Below are positions 40,415 through 50,599 of a DNA stretch of 64,000 nucleotides, one piece after another. The notes beneath the pieces were generated by a model. That model searched no databases. It saw nothing but the letters and a program-made list of their open reading frames with translations, and was not told the DNA's origin. The DNA comes from Gemmatimonadota bacterium (GTDB lineage Bacteria; Gemmatimonadota; Gemmatimonadetes; Longimicrobiales; Gaopeijiaceae): contig JAXHMG010000003.1 in assembly GCA_034521595.1 (NCBI GenBank), positions 1,696,001 to 1,760,000 on the forward strand. The letters run 5' to 3'. Both the position numbers and the translations under genes were made by a program. Within the stretch, counting starts at the first letter, position 1, and each line of letters starts with the position of its first letter.

Positions 40415-41856
40415 GGCGTGGCCGTCAGCACGCTTCGGCCAACCTCCCGACCGGCAAAGGTCGCTCCGGTGGTGTGCTCGAGCTTCGTTCGAGCATACGC
40501 GCCCACCCGATCGAGAGATCCGTCGAACACGACCACCTTGTTCCGCCGCGTTCGGCCTAGGACCTGTCCCTCATCGCGACCCGCCTTCTCGATGAGAACC
40601 TCTTCGATGCGACCCACCTCGGAGCGGTTGATCTCTCCTTGAATATGGCGGCTGACCTCGATCAGCTCCGCCAACCGGGCCTGTCCTTCTTCGGCGTCGA
40701 TGAACTGATCGGCGGGGAGACGGGTCGCGGGCGTCCCGCCCCGCGGCGAATACCGGTACGTATACGCTTCGTCGAAGCGGACCGTTCTCATGAGGTCGAG
40801 CGTCTCCCTGAACTCGGCCTCGGTTTCGCCCGGGAAGGCCACGATGATGTCCGTCGACAGCGCGATGTCGGGAATCGCCTCTCGCACCAACTCGATCTTC
40901 TCGAGCAGGGATTCGACCGTGTATCGCCGGAGCATGCGCTTCAGGGTCCGGTTGCTGCCCGCTTGAGCGGGGAGGTGGAGCTGTTCGCACACCCCCGGCT
41001 CCGTCGCCATGACCTCGACCAGCTCGGGCGTGACGTCGTTGGGATGCGGCGACGTGAAGCGCACTCGTCGTATCCCGTCCACACGGGAAACCGCCCGGAG
41101 AAGATCGGGAAAGGACCACTCTTCCCAGACATAGGAGTTGACCGTCTGGCCCAACAAGGTCACTTCCGAGACCCCGCGGTCGGCCAGCCCACGGATCTCG
41201 TCCAGGACCCCGTGCGCGTTCCGGTTCTTTTCTCCCCCACGGACGTACGGCACGATACAGTACGTGCAGCGGTGGTCACACCCCCGCTGGATCGGCACCC
41301 AAGCGCTGGGACCCTCCGCACGACGTTGCTCCAGACCGTCGTAGTTTTCACCGAGGTTGAGATCGAGGACGGCGAGCTGCCGACCCCTTCCGTGTCCCGG
41401 GCGTTCGTCGACGGCACCGGGGTCCGGCGGGTTCGTCGGAGCGGCACCGTCCCCCGCTTCGCGGTCCCCGGCTTCAGGCAGATCCGACCGTAGCTCAGCC
41501 AGGGCGTCCGGTAGCGTTCGGTATCCGTCCGGACCCATCACGAGATCGACGTACGGCGCATCTTCCAGGAGCTTGTCGCCGAGCCGCTGGGCCATGCATC
41601 CGGTAACGCCGAGCACGAGCTCGGGCCGGTGCCGTTTGAGTCCGTTGAGCTGGGAGACGCGTCCCAGTACGCGCTGTTCGGCGTGTTCGCGGATGGCACA
41701 CGTGTTCACGAGGATGACATCGGCGTCCTCCGGCGTATCGACGATCCGATAGCCGCGTTCCGCGAGCACCCCCTGCATCAGCTCACCGTCACTGATGTTC
41801 ATCTGGCACCCGTACGTCTCGACGTACGCGCGCTTATGGGTCGTCGTGCTGGTCAT
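40411..41856 (-). CDS. miaB: tRNA i6A37 methylthiotransferase
   Basis: TYGCQMN, NTCAIRE, GCMAQ, CDHRCTYC, YSPR, TRAM domain. Confidence 0.95.
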   Translation of the reverse strand: MTSTTTHKRAYVETYGCQMNISDGELMQGVLAERGYRIVDTPEDADVILVNTCAIREHAEQRVLGRVSQLNGLKRHRPELVLGVTGCMAQRLGDKLLEDAPYVDLVMGPDGYRTLPDALAELRSDLPEAGDREAGDGAAPTNPPDPGAVDERPGHGRGRQLAVLDLNLGENYDGLEQRRAEGPSAWVPIQRGCDHRCTYCIVPYVRGGEKNRNAHGVLDEIRGLADRGVSEVTLLGQTVNSYVWEEWSFPDLLRAVSRVDGIRRVRFTSPHPNDVTPELVEVMATEPGVCEQLHLPAQAGSNRTLKRMLRRYTVESLLEKIELVREAIPDIALSTDIIVAFPGETEAEFRETLDLMRTVRFDEAYTYRYSPRGGTPATRLPADQFIDAEEGQARLAELIEVSRHIQGEINRSEVGRIEEVLIEKAGRDEGQVLGRTRRNKVVVFDGSLDRVGAYARTKLEHTTGATFAGREVGRSVLTATP

Positions 41857-41873
41857 GCCTCAATTCGCAAAGG

Positions 41874-43166
41874 TCATCGGGGCGCCGCAATATACAGATG
41901 ATCCCCGTCTCCTCGCAGGGTGCCTTCCAAGAATCGTGCTGTCTCCGCCGCGTCCGGGTCCTCGATGCCCACCCTCAAGTAGTCTCCGGTCAAGCCGCGA
42001 GTCCCGTCGCCCTCGGGCGCGACGCGGGCCCCGGAGCCGATCCGGTCGGCCCGGTGCCGCCGCCCCTTGTCCATGGCCAACTCCCGCAGCTCCCGGGCTC
42101 GATCACCGGCGATCCTCTCGGGCACAGGCGATTCCAGCGCGAGCTCGGCGGCCGGCGTGCCGGACCGGGGCGAGAACGGGAAGACGTGCAGGTAGGTGAA
42201 CGGCAGCTCCTCGATCAACCGAACCGTGTCCTCGTGGTCTCGGGCCGTCTCCCCCGGGAAGCCCGTGATCACGTCCGCACCGAGTCCCATCGGTTCCAAG
42301 CGGTCGGCGATCTCCAGAGCGCGTCCGCGATACTGAGCTCGGGTGTGCCAGCGGCGCATGCGCCGCAGAACCGGATCCGCCCCGCTCTGGAGCGGCATAT
42401 GCAGATGTGGAGCCAACGTTCCCGCCGACGTCTCGAGGAGATCGAGCAGAAGCTCGTCCACCTCCGTGGCTTCCACGCTTCCCAGACGGAAGCGCACGTC
42501 CGGAACCCGTTCCAGGAGCACCGAGACCAGCCGTCCCAACGTCCAACGCGGGTCCAGGTCGCGCCCGTAGTGCCCGATATGGATCCCGGTGACCACCAAC
42601 TCGCCGTGGGCTTCCGCGAGGACACGCGCTTCGGCCACGATCTCCTCGGGATCCCGCGAGCGAGACGCGCCGCGCGCGAGTCGGGTCGCGCAGAACGAGC
42701 ATTTGCGGTCGCATCCGTCCTGCACCTTCAGCCACCCCCGCGTCGCACCGCGTCGCTCGCGCAGGAGCTCGGCACCGACCGGCTCGGAGTCGATGCGATC
42801 CAACGGGCGCCGTACGCCGATCTGTACCAGCCTTTCCCGGCTCGTCCCGTCCGCCACCGCCACCGGGTCGTGGCCCGGAACGACGGCACTCACGCCGTCC
42901 ATGCTCCCGTACTCTTCCGTTCGCAGCGCGGCCGAGCATCCCGCGACCACGATCTCGGCGCCCGGATTCTCTCGATGCACGCGGCGAACGTACCGCCGAG
43001 CTTGCGCATCGGCCTGGTTCGTCACGGTGCACGTGTTCACGACGACGACGTGCGCATCCCTCCGCTCATCGGTCGTCGTCCCTCCGCGGGCTTCGAGCTC
43101 CTGCCGCATCCGCTCGGTGTCGTACTGGTTGGCCTTGCAGCCGAACGTATGGTAGTGGATGCGCAT
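41874..43166 (-). CDS. mtaB: MiaB-like methylthiotransferase, MtaB type (t6A37)
   Basis: TFGCKANQY, NTCTVT, KVQDGCDRKCSFC, HVFPFSPRSGT. Confidence 0.85.
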   Translation of the reverse strand: MRIHYHTFGCKANQYDTERMRQELEARGGTTTDERRDAHVVVVNTCTVTNQADAQARRYVRRVHRENPGAEIVVAGCSAALRTEEYGSMDGVSAVVPGHDPVAVADGTSRERLVQIGVRRPLDRIDSEPVGAELLRERRGATRGWLKVQDGCDRKCSFCATRLARGASRSRDPEEIVAEARVLAEAHGELVVTGIHIGHYGRDLDPRWTLGRLVSVLLERVPDVRFRLGSVEATEVDELLLDLLETSAGTLAPHLHMPLQSGADPVLRRMRRWHTRAQYRGRALEIADRLEPMGLGADVITGFPGETARDHEDTVRLIEELPFTYLHVFPFSPRSGTPAAELALESPVPERIAGDRARELRELAMDKGRRHRADRIGSGARVAPEGDGTRGLTGDYLRVGIEDPDAAETARFLEGTLRGDGDHLYIAAPR

Positions 43167-43208
43167 GATCTCGGAGATCCTGTCCGCGAGGTGCTGTGGC
43201 GGTCAGTG

Positions 43209-44387
43209 CTAGAAACCAGCCACCCGGAGGGCCACGGTGACCCGCCAGAAGTCCTCCGAAAGGGTCCCGGCGCTACGCTCGCCCCGTTCGACGGAGACGT
43301 CCGCGCCGGCGAGGAGCACGCCGTTGGTCTCGTTGAATGCGAAGCCGAGCCCTCCGGTGAACGCCCGCTCGGATCCCGACTCGCCTTGCCCGTGAGCGAA
43401 CGGAAGGCCGCTGTAGCGGTACCCGAAACGCAGGGGCGCGCTACGGCCGAGCAACCGCACGTTCGGGAGTTCGAGCCCGACCCCGAAACCACTCGCATTC
43501 CCGACTGAGGTATCGACCATCAGGTCGTCCGCGATATCCGACCAATCCGCGTGCATCGCGCTCGCGGCCAGGACGAGGCCCGGAGCCAGCACGGCGCTTC
43601 CTCCGATGCGAAGCTCGAGCGGCAGATCGAACGACCGGGCGGAGCCGTCCGTCGTCGACGAGGGATCGGCCTCGAGCGTCGACGACCACCGCACGCTCGC
43701 CGCGGCTCGACCCACTGAGCCCAGATCGGCTCCGACGCCGGCGGTCACCGACGTCCCGGCATACCTCCACGAGCCGCTGCTCGTGAACGGCTCGGCACCG
43801 TCCAGGTCGAGGTCACCGAAGTCCCTGCTCAGGCGTCGCTGGACCGACCCGGTGTAACGCGCCACGTCCAGACCCACCGCCACGTCGGGCGAGATCATGC
43901 GTGAGTAGCCCAGCGACGCGGTCGCCACGCCGCCATCCTGGGTGAAGCCGTCCACGACATCGAACGCCGTTCCACCGAGCTCCACGGTCAGCGTGCGCTG
44001 TCCCTCGAACCGCTGATCCAGAAACGACCCCAGCTGGACCCGACCCATACCACCCAGCACGGGATAGGCAATGCCGACCAGGGGAAAGCGGGTTCCGCGG
44101 AAGTCACCCGCATCCACACCGTCACGGGAGGCCTCGGTCCAGCTCGGCTGCGCCACCATGACGCCGCTGGGCCGGGCCAACCAGGCAGTCGCGGCGGGAT
44201 CCGCCGGCGAGATCGACCCGCCTCGCAGCCCGATGCCGAAGCTGCCCATCGCCCGGGCGCGACCGTCGATCGCGTCCACGGGCCGTCCGAGGCCCGCCGA
44301 GTTGAACAATGATTGAGCCTCGAGCTCGGACGTGGGTACCGTCACGAAGCCGACGACCGCGAGGGCGCACAGTAGCTTCTTGGTCAT
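43209..44387 (-). CDS. Outer-membrane beta-barrel protein (FadL/PorV-like N-terminus)
   Basis: Signal peptide ending LEA-Q, GRARAMG...DPAA segment, alternating amphipathic strands, terminal Phe. Confidence 0.65.
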   Translation of the reverse strand: MTKKLLCALAVVGFVTVPTSELEAQSLFNSAGLGRPVDAIDGRARAMGSFGIGLRGGSISPADPAATAWLARPSGVMVAQPSWTEASRDGVDAGDFRGTRFPLVGIAYPVLGGMGRVQLGSFLDQRFEGQRTLTVELGGTAFDVVDGFTQDGGVATASLGYSRMISPDVAVGLDVARYTGSVQRRLSRDFGDLDLDGAEPFTSSGSWRYAGTSVTAGVGADLGSVGRAAASVRWSSTLEADPSSTTDGSARSFDLPLELRIGGSAVLAPGLVLAASAMHADWSDIADDLMVDTSVGNASGFGVGLELPNVRLLGRSAPLRFGYRYSGLPFAHGQGESGSERAFTGGLGFAFNETNGVLLAGADVSVERGERSAGTLSEDFWRVTVALRVAGF

Positions 44388-45697
44388 GGGAGCTCCACCG
44401 AAGGGCCGACCGTCACGACGAGCTTGAGCGCGGGCGCCTGGGAGCTACCCGGCCCGTGGAACGAAGCGTACGCGATCGAAAGCGGCTCGAATGTGGACAG
44501 GAGCGCGAGGGTGTTCGAACGACCCGTGTCCGCCCCGGAGGCCGTCTCCCCCACTCGATCACGCACGAACGGGGTGATCGGGATCTCGACCGCAGCGCCC
44601 TCCTCCTCGCGGAACAGGATTCCGGGCATCTGCTTCCCCGGAGCTCCGATGAGCGAGCTCCCGAGTGGGGATTTCGGCAGCGCCTCACGGCTCAGCACCT
44701 CACGAACATCGAGGCCCACGGTATCACGAGGCTGAAATGCTTCCTCGGAGCGGCGTGTCCGGAGCACGAGCGCAGCGTAGCTGACCGCTTCCCGGCTCAG
44801 CGTGACGGGGCACCCCACCGCGTCACACAACTCCGCCGGTCCGGTGAGCTCCCTCGGCACTTCGAGATCCAGGACCGAGCGCCAGGCCGGCGCCCCGCCT
44901 ACCCGGATCCCGGCCGACGGAGGGCCCGGCCGCGGATCATAGATGAAGGTCGTGGCCTGGCGCGGAACGTCCAGAACGACGGTCGTGTCCGGATTCACGC
45001 TGGGACGCACGGTGAGGCGGAGATCCATGGATTCGACGCCAAGGCGGTGCCCTTCGGTGACGAGATCCAACCTCCCCCCTCGGTCCGGGTCCGAAGCATC
45101 CGACCAGGCGGCGGCCTCGACGGAGTCGAGCACGAAGGAGACGGTGTCTCCGGACGCCGGATCCCAGGTCGCCGTGTCGAGCGGAGTCACCACCCCGCCC
45201 CCGGGCTCCGTCCAGCTCCGCCGCTCGCCGAGCGTGTCGACGGCGTGGTCCCAACCCGCGGAACGCCCGTGCCATGCTTCCTGAGTCGCTCCCAGCGTGA
45301 GCGTGACCGGGCCGTCGTTCGTTCTGTCGGTCCGGTCGATGGACGCCACGAGCCGTCCGCCGACCACGGTGAGATCCGTGTCCGTCACGGTCGTCCCCTC
45401 CGTATCCTGCACCGAAGCGGACTGAGGGTACGCCCCGAAGCGAACGAGGGTTCTCGCGTCGAGAGAGCCCGCGAACGCGTTGGCGAGCACTCCCGTGCCG
45501 AGATCGCCGGGCGTGCCATATCCCCCGTACACCTCCAGGGCGGACCCGAACTCCTCCCACGGAACCTCGATCTCGATCGTCACCGGAGCACCGGGCAGGA
45601 CGTCGTTTTCAGGAGAGGTCGGAATCCGCTCTGAACAGGCGGCGAGGGTGGTCAGGGACAGCGCGGCGACCAGCGAAGCGTGCTGCCGGCTCTTCAT
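44384..45697 (-). CDS. Uncharacterised lipoprotein
   Basis: Lipobox LAAC after a hydrophobic stretch; beta-rich body; overlaps the barrel gene (ATGA); start 45697 or 45715. Confidence 0.75.
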   Translation of the reverse strand: MKSRQHASLVAALSLTTLAACSERIPTSPENDVLPGAPVTIEIEVPWEEFGSALEVYGGYGTPGDLGTGVLANAFAGSLDARTLVRFGAYPQSASVQDTEGTTVTDTDLTVVGGRLVASIDRTDRTNDGPVTLTLGATQEAWHGRSAGWDHAVDTLGERRSWTEPGGGVVTPLDTATWDPASGDTVSFVLDSVEAAAWSDASDPDRGGRLDLVTEGHRLGVESMDLRLTVRPSVNPDTTVVLDVPRQATTFIYDPRPGPPSAGIRVGGAPAWRSVLDLEVPRELTGPAELCDAVGCPVTLSREAVSYAALVLRTRRSEEAFQPRDTVGLDVREVLSREALPKSPLGSSLIGAPGKQMPGILFREEEGAAVEIPITPFVRDRVGETASGADTGRSNTLALLSTFEPLSIAYASFHGPGSSQAPALKLVVTVGPSVELP

Positions 45698-45711
45698 CTG
45701 TTTCAAACGTC

Positions 45712-46128
45712 TCACTTATCCTTCTCATCTGTTCGCGACAGCCATGACGGCGAGCCCCCGAAGCGTTCGGGAAGCAACTCGCTCAAGATCCACGTCCTTC
45801 GTGTCCCCAGCCCCACCGAGAGCACCGTCAACTCGGGGGAGAACTCGGACAACACCTGGAGGCACGCCCCACACGGCGGAACCGCCTCGTCCGCTTCGGT
45901 CACGAGAGTCAGAGCCCGAAACGCCCTCCGTCCGGCGGACACCGCGCCGAACACGGCGACCCGCTCGGCACACATGGTGAGGCCGTACGAAGCATTCTCG
46001 ACGTTGCACCCGGTCCAGACCGTGTCATCGGACGCTACGAGCGCCGCGCCGACCCGGAACCCCGAATACGGTGCGTAAGCCGACACCATCGCGCTGCGCG
46101 CCTCTTCCAGAAGGCGTTCATCCTCCAT
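45712..46128 (-). CDS. cdd: Cytidine deaminase (homotetrameric type)
   Basis: AYAPYSGF, NVENASY, CAERVA, PCGAC. Confidence 0.95.
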   Translation of the reverse strand: MEDERLLEEARSAMVSAYAPYSGFRVGAALVASDDTVWTGCNVENASYGLTMCAERVAVFGAVSAGRRAFRALTLVTEADEAVPPCGACLQVLSEFSPELTVLSVGLGTRRTWILSELLPERFGGSPSWLSRTDEKDK

Positions 46129-47251
46129 CTGCCCACTCCCACACCCTCGGAAGACGCGAAGAGAATCCGGTCAAAATTTCGTAGGAAATCGTGCCGGCGT
46201 GATCCGCGACCTCGTCGAGCGTGATCTCCGCAGCTCCGTCACGACCGATCAGCGTCGCGACGTCGCCGACCCCTACCCCGTCCACGCCGGTGATGTTCAC
46301 GACGGTCACGTCCATGGAGACTCGACCCACGATCGGGACCGGCGTTCCCTGGATGAGGGCACGGCCACTGTTCCCGAGCGCTCGAGGGAAGCCGTCGCCG
46401 TATCCGATCGCCAGCGTGGCCCACCGCTCGTTCCCCTCCGCCCGGTGGGTGGCGCCGTATCCCACGGTGCTCCCGGGCCCCGCGTCTCTGACGTGCACGA
46501 CCCGAGCCCTCAACGACACAACCGGCCGCGGTCCGGGCAAGTCGGGCGCCGAACCTCCTCCGTAGAGAAAGATTCCCGGCCGCACCGCATCGCCGGCGCG
46601 TTCCGGGCTCCGCAAAATTCCCGCGCTGTTCAACGTGTGGCAGAGAACGGTCGATCGCTCCTCGGAACCGAGCGCTCGCGTCCAGGTCGAGAAGCGGTCG
46701 AGTTGGGTGCGCACACTCGCGGGGTCCGTTTCGGCGGAGTGAAGGTGCGTGTACATCCCGACCCAACGCACCGAGTCTCCCGCCGCGGTGCGAAATTCGT
46801 GAAGCCAGGAGGCTCCGATCGCCCAGGGGACCCCGGACCGTCCCATTCCCGTATCGACTTCCAGATGGACCCTCGCCACCCTTCCCGCCCGGTCCGCCGT
46901 ATCCGCCAGGAGGCGCATCGTTTCCAGGTCGCCCACCGAAAGGCTCAGCTCCGCCTCCACCGCGCTTCCGATCGATCCCCGCGGCGCAGGGCTGAACACC
47001 ACCACCGGCCGTTCGACTCCGAGGGCACGCATCTCGAGCCCCTCCTCGACGGTCGCGACCCCGTAGGCCCAGGGGTCCGAAGGCTCGAGCGCCGAGACCA
47101 CCTCGCGCACCCCGAGGCCATACGCGTTCGCCTTGAGCATGGGGATCATCGGAACCCCCGGGCCGACGACGTCTCGGAGACGCGCGCAATTGGCCCGGAG
47201 GGCCTCGGCTCGCATATCGAGCCACGCTCGGACCCTGGGATTCGTTGACAT
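46118..47251 (-). CDS. alr: Alanine racemase
   Basis: LKANAYG (PLP Lys), VDTGMGR, VRPGIFLYG, GYGDG, GRVSMD, TISYE; start ATG 47251. Confidence 0.95.
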   Translation of the reverse strand: MSTNPRVRAWLDMRAEALRANCARLRDVVGPGVPMIPMLKANAYGLGVREVVSALEPSDPWAYGVATVEEGLEMRALGVERPVVVFSPAPRGSIGSAVEAELSLSVGDLETMRLLADTADRAGRVARVHLEVDTGMGRSGVPWAIGASWLHEFRTAAGDSVRWVGMYTHLHSAETDPASVRTQLDRFSTWTRALGSEERSTVLCHTLNSAGILRSPERAGDAVRPGIFLYGGGSAPDLPGPRPVVSLRARVVHVRDAGPGSTVGYGATHRAEGNERWATLAIGYGDGFPRALGNSGRALIQGTPVPIVGRVSMDVTVVNITGVDGVGVGDVATLIGRDGAAEITLDEVADHAGTISYEILTGFSSRLPRVWEWADGG

Positions 47252-47324
47252 GAGCGGTGAAAGATGCCAAGAAGAGGGCCCGTGGACGACCCCTCGTCCG
47301 GTGACCCCACCAAGAGCCCGTGAG

Positions 47325-48119
47325 ATGACGGATAGCCCACACCCGTTCCGGTTCCCCGGCCCCGGCACGCTCGACCGCGCCCTGGCCCTGGTCCGCTTCC
47401 TGCGGGCGGAGTGTCCATGGGACGCCGCCCAAACCTCCGAATCCCTCGTTCCCCACCTCCTGGAAGAGGCGCACGAGGTCGCTGACGCGATCCACGACGG
47501 GCGAACGGAAGACCTCCCCGACGAGCTCGGCGACCTCCTGCTCAACCTGGCCTTCCAGGTCGTGGTCGCGGAGGAGGACGGAACCTTCGACGCAAACGGG
47601 GTCTACCGGGCGCTGGAAGCGAAGATGGTCGCCCGCCACCCGCACCTCTTCGGCGAAGGCGAGCGCGAAGACTGGGAGACGCTCAAGGCGAAGGCGAGAC
47701 CTCCCGGCCAGGGCGTCCTCTCGGGCCTCGCGCGCGGCCTAGACCCCCTCACGAAGTCCTTCCGCATCCAAGAGCGCGTCGCCGCGGTCGGATTCGACTG
47801 GCCGGACCATCACGGCGCGCTGGCCAAGGTCCGGGAAGAGCTCGGCGAGGTCGACGTCGCGCTGGACGACGGCGCTCCTTCCGCGATCGAGGAAGAGCTC
47901 GGCGACCTGCTCTTCTCCGTCGTGAACTTGGCGCGCCTCGTCGGCATCCATCCATCCACCGCCCTGGCCGGGGCCAACGCCAAGTTCCGAGAGCGTTTCG
48001 AGCGCCTGGAAGCTCTGGCACGCGAGCGTGAGATTCGCCTGGAAGATGCGGGATTGGAGGCCTTGGACCGGCTCTGGGACGAGCTGAAGAAGGAGGGTCG
48101 CACAGCCGAGGACGAGTAG
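47325..48119 (+). CDS. mazG: Nucleoside triphosphate pyrophosphohydrolase MazG (tandem domain)
   Basis: CPWD, EEAHE, ELGDLL (twice), RHPHLF, GFDW. Confidence 0.93.
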   Translation: MTDSPHPFRFPGPGTLDRALALVRFLRAECPWDAAQTSESLVPHLLEEAHEVADAIHDGRTEDLPDELGDLLLNLAFQVVVAEEDGTFDANGVYRALEAKMVARHPHLFGEGEREDWETLKAKARPPGQGVLSGLARGLDPLTKSFRIQERVAAVGFDWPDHHGALAKVREELGEVDVALDDGAPSAIEEELGDLLFSVVNLARLVGIHPSTALAGANAKFRERFERLEALAREREIRLEDAGLEALDRLWDELKKEGRTAEDE

Positions 48120-48128
48120 CCGCGGTGG

Positions 48129-49226
48129 TCAGTAGCCGGCGCGCTTGTCCACGACGTTGGCCCACTCCTCCGGCGGAGAGCCGGCTATATAGTGCCGCAG
48201 GTTCTCGAGGATGAGGTCCGTTTCGCGCTTCCAGTAGCCCGGAGTCACCGCGGAGACGTGTGGTGTCACCAGCACCTGCTCGAAGCTCCAGAGGGGATGC
48301 CCCTCGGGGAGGGGCTCCGTCCGGAACACGTCGAGGCCCGCCCCCCTCAGATGCCCCGTTCGAAGCGCGTCGACGAGCGCTTCTTCGACCACGAGACGTC
48401 CCCGGCCGACATTGATGAGCACGGCTCCTGCCTTCATGCGGGACAGGGCTTCGGCATCGATCAGGTCACGGGTCTCGGGTGTATCCGGCGCGGCGAGCAC
48501 GACGACATCGCTCTCGCGAAGCACGGTGTCGCGTCCCGTGGCTCCGTGCACGAGCTCGATCCGGCGGCCCACCGACCCACCACCGGCAACCGACTCGAGC
48601 TCTCCGTCGCTCGACGTGGGAGGGGTTCGCTTCGCCGCGACGACATGAGCGCCCAAGGCGGCCACCCGCCGCGCGACCTCCCGACCGATCCCGCCGAACC
48701 CCACGATGCCCACCGTCGCCTCGGACAGCTCCGTAGGCGGCACGGACCCGTTGTAGAACGGATCCGTGGACCAGCACCCTCGGCGTTGATTCGCCACGGC
48801 GAAATCGAGACCCCGCGTGAAGTGCAGGATCATGCCGAGCACCGTCTCGGCCATCGGCGGCGCGTGGATTCCCGCGGAGTTCGTGAACACGACGTCGCGC
48901 GCTCTCATCGTCTCGTGCAGGGAGCTCCCCACTCCGGCCGCCCCCGAGTGAACCCATCGAAGACCGGGCCCCGCCTCCAGAAGCTCCGGGGGAATTCCGT
49001 AGCCGAAGTAGATCTCGGCCGTCCCCACCGCTTCGAGCACGCGGGGCGAGACCCGCGCCGCACCGTCGCCCGAGCCGTCGGTCGGCTCCTCGATCACGAC
49101 GAGCTCCCAGGCTCCAGGGAGCGCATTCCGGATGGCGTCGGGCACCCAGTCCGGCATCGCCCACACCGGCCGACGGTCCATCATGTCGAGCACGGCCCGA
49201 CGGGTCATCGCGGGTTCGTCGGACAT
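48129..49226 (-). CDS. D-2-hydroxyacid dehydrogenase family protein
   Basis: GFGGIG, INVGRG, LDVFRTEPLP, TPHVS. Confidence 0.92.
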   Translation of the reverse strand: MSDEPAMTRRAVLDMMDRRPVWAMPDWVPDAIRNALPGAWELVVIEEPTDGSGDGAARVSPRVLEAVGTAEIYFGYGIPPELLEAGPGLRWVHSGAAGVGSSLHETMRARDVVFTNSAGIHAPPMAETVLGMILHFTRGLDFAVANQRRGCWSTDPFYNGSVPPTELSEATVGIVGFGGIGREVARRVAALGAHVVAAKRTPPTSSDGELESVAGGGSVGRRIELVHGATGRDTVLRESDVVVLAAPDTPETRDLIDAEALSRMKAGAVLINVGRGRLVVEEALVDALRTGHLRGAGLDVFRTEPLPEGHPLWSFEQVLVTPHVSAVTPGYWKRETDLILENLRHYIAGSPPEEWANVVDKRAGY

Positions 49227-49242
49227 CTACGGATCCAACCGT

Positions 49243-50529
49243 TTACGGATACAGACGGTTCATGAGCCGCGGGAAGGGGATGAGCTCACGGACGTGCCTA
49301 CGGCCCGTGATCCACGCTACCGTGCGCTCGATCCCGAGACCGAACCCGGAATGCGGGAACGTTCCGTACCGCCGAAGGTCCAGATACCAGGCGTACGCGT
49401 CTTCGGGCAGATCCTCCTCTCGTATGCGCGCGAGCAGCCGATCGAGGTCGTCCTCCCGCTGGCTTCCCCCGATGATCTCACCGTACCCCTCGGGCGCGAG
49501 CAGGTCGTCGCACAGAACGGTTCGCGGATCGTCGGGGTTCTCCTTCATGTAGAAGGCTTTCGCCTCCTTCGGATAGTCGTGCACGAACAGCGGCAGCTCT
49601 CGTCCCTCCATGAGCGCCATCTCGTCCGGCGCGCCGAGGTCCGAGCCCCACGCGACGTCGCTGCCGGCCGCCGTGAGGCGGTCCACGGCGTCCGAGTAGC
49701 TGATCCGGGGGAAAGGCGGCCGCACGTTCTCGAGGAGCGAGGTATCGCGCTCGAGCACCTTCAACGATTCGCCACAGCGCTCCAACGCCCGCTCCACGAG
49801 GTACGACACGAACGCTTCCTGGAGTCGCATGTTCGCGTCCGAATCCGCGAACGCGACCTCGGGCTCCACCATCCAGAACTCGGTGAGGTGACGGCGGGTC
49901 TTCGACTTCTCCGCCCGGAAGGTGGGCCCGAAGCAGTAGACCTTCCGGAACGCCGGGCAGGCCGCTTCGACGTAGAGCTGTCCGGTCTGAGCCAGGTACG
50001 CCGGGTCGCCGAAGTAGTCGGTCTTGAAGAGCGTGCCCGCGTGCTCGCCGATGGCCCCCGTGAGGATCGGAGTGTCGATGCGCACGAAGCCACGATCGTA
50101 GAAGAAGTCGTGGATCGCTTGCTCCACTTCGGCCCGCACCAGCAGACCCGCCCGCTGTTGGGACGATCGCAACCAGAGGTGACGGTGATCGAGCAGGAAC
50201 TCCGTGCCGTGCTCCTTGGGCTGGATCGGATAGTCGTCAGCCCGTGCTTCGAGCTCGAGCGCCGATATCCCGAGCTCGTAACCTCCCGGTGCGCGGTCGT
50301 CGGGACGAACCTCACCCGTGACGGACACCACGCACTCCGGCGAGACGGTGCCGTGGAGGTCCCAGGTGGCCTCGTCGATCTCCTTCTTGAGGAGCACGCC
50401 CTGCACCAGCCCCGTCCCGTCCCGCACGACGAGAAACGCGACCTTCCCGTGGGCGCGGGTCGCCTCGACCCACCCCGTGACGGTGACCGTTTCTCCAACG
50501 TGCTCGCCCAGCTCCCTGATCTCGACCAT
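49243..50529 (-). CDS. asnS: Asparagine-tRNA ligase
   Basis: RHLWLRS, LAQTGQLY, FRAEKSKTRRHLTEFWM, EIIGGSQRE, PHSGFGLG; start ATG 50529. Confidence 0.95.
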   Translation of the reverse strand: MVEIRELGEHVGETVTVTGWVEATRAHGKVAFLVVRDGTGLVQGVLLKKEIDEATWDLHGTVSPECVVSVTGEVRPDDRAPGGYELGISALELEARADDYPIQPKEHGTEFLLDHRHLWLRSSQQRAGLLVRAEVEQAIHDFFYDRGFVRIDTPILTGAIGEHAGTLFKTDYFGDPAYLAQTGQLYVEAACPAFRKVYCFGPTFRAEKSKTRRHLTEFWMVEPEVAFADSDANMRLQEAFVSYLVERALERCGESLKVLERDTSLLENVRPPFPRISYSDAVDRLTAAGSDVAWGSDLGAPDEMALMEGRELPLFVHDYPKEAKAFYMKENPDDPRTVLCDDLLAPEGYGEIIGGSQREDDLDRLLARIREEDLPEDAYAWYLDLRRYGTFPHSGFGLGIERTVAWITGRRHVRELIPFPRLMNRLYP

Positions 50530-50599
50530 ATCGGCTCGTCTCGATCTCGTGCGTGCAGGTATTCGGGCCCGCCGTGACGAGGGCCGTTCGCGCGGGTCG

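Noticed and set aside
47325-48119. mazG as part of an anti-phage or toxin-antitoxin system
   Set aside because: It is the tandem-domain housekeeping type, with no mazEF or defence genes nearby.
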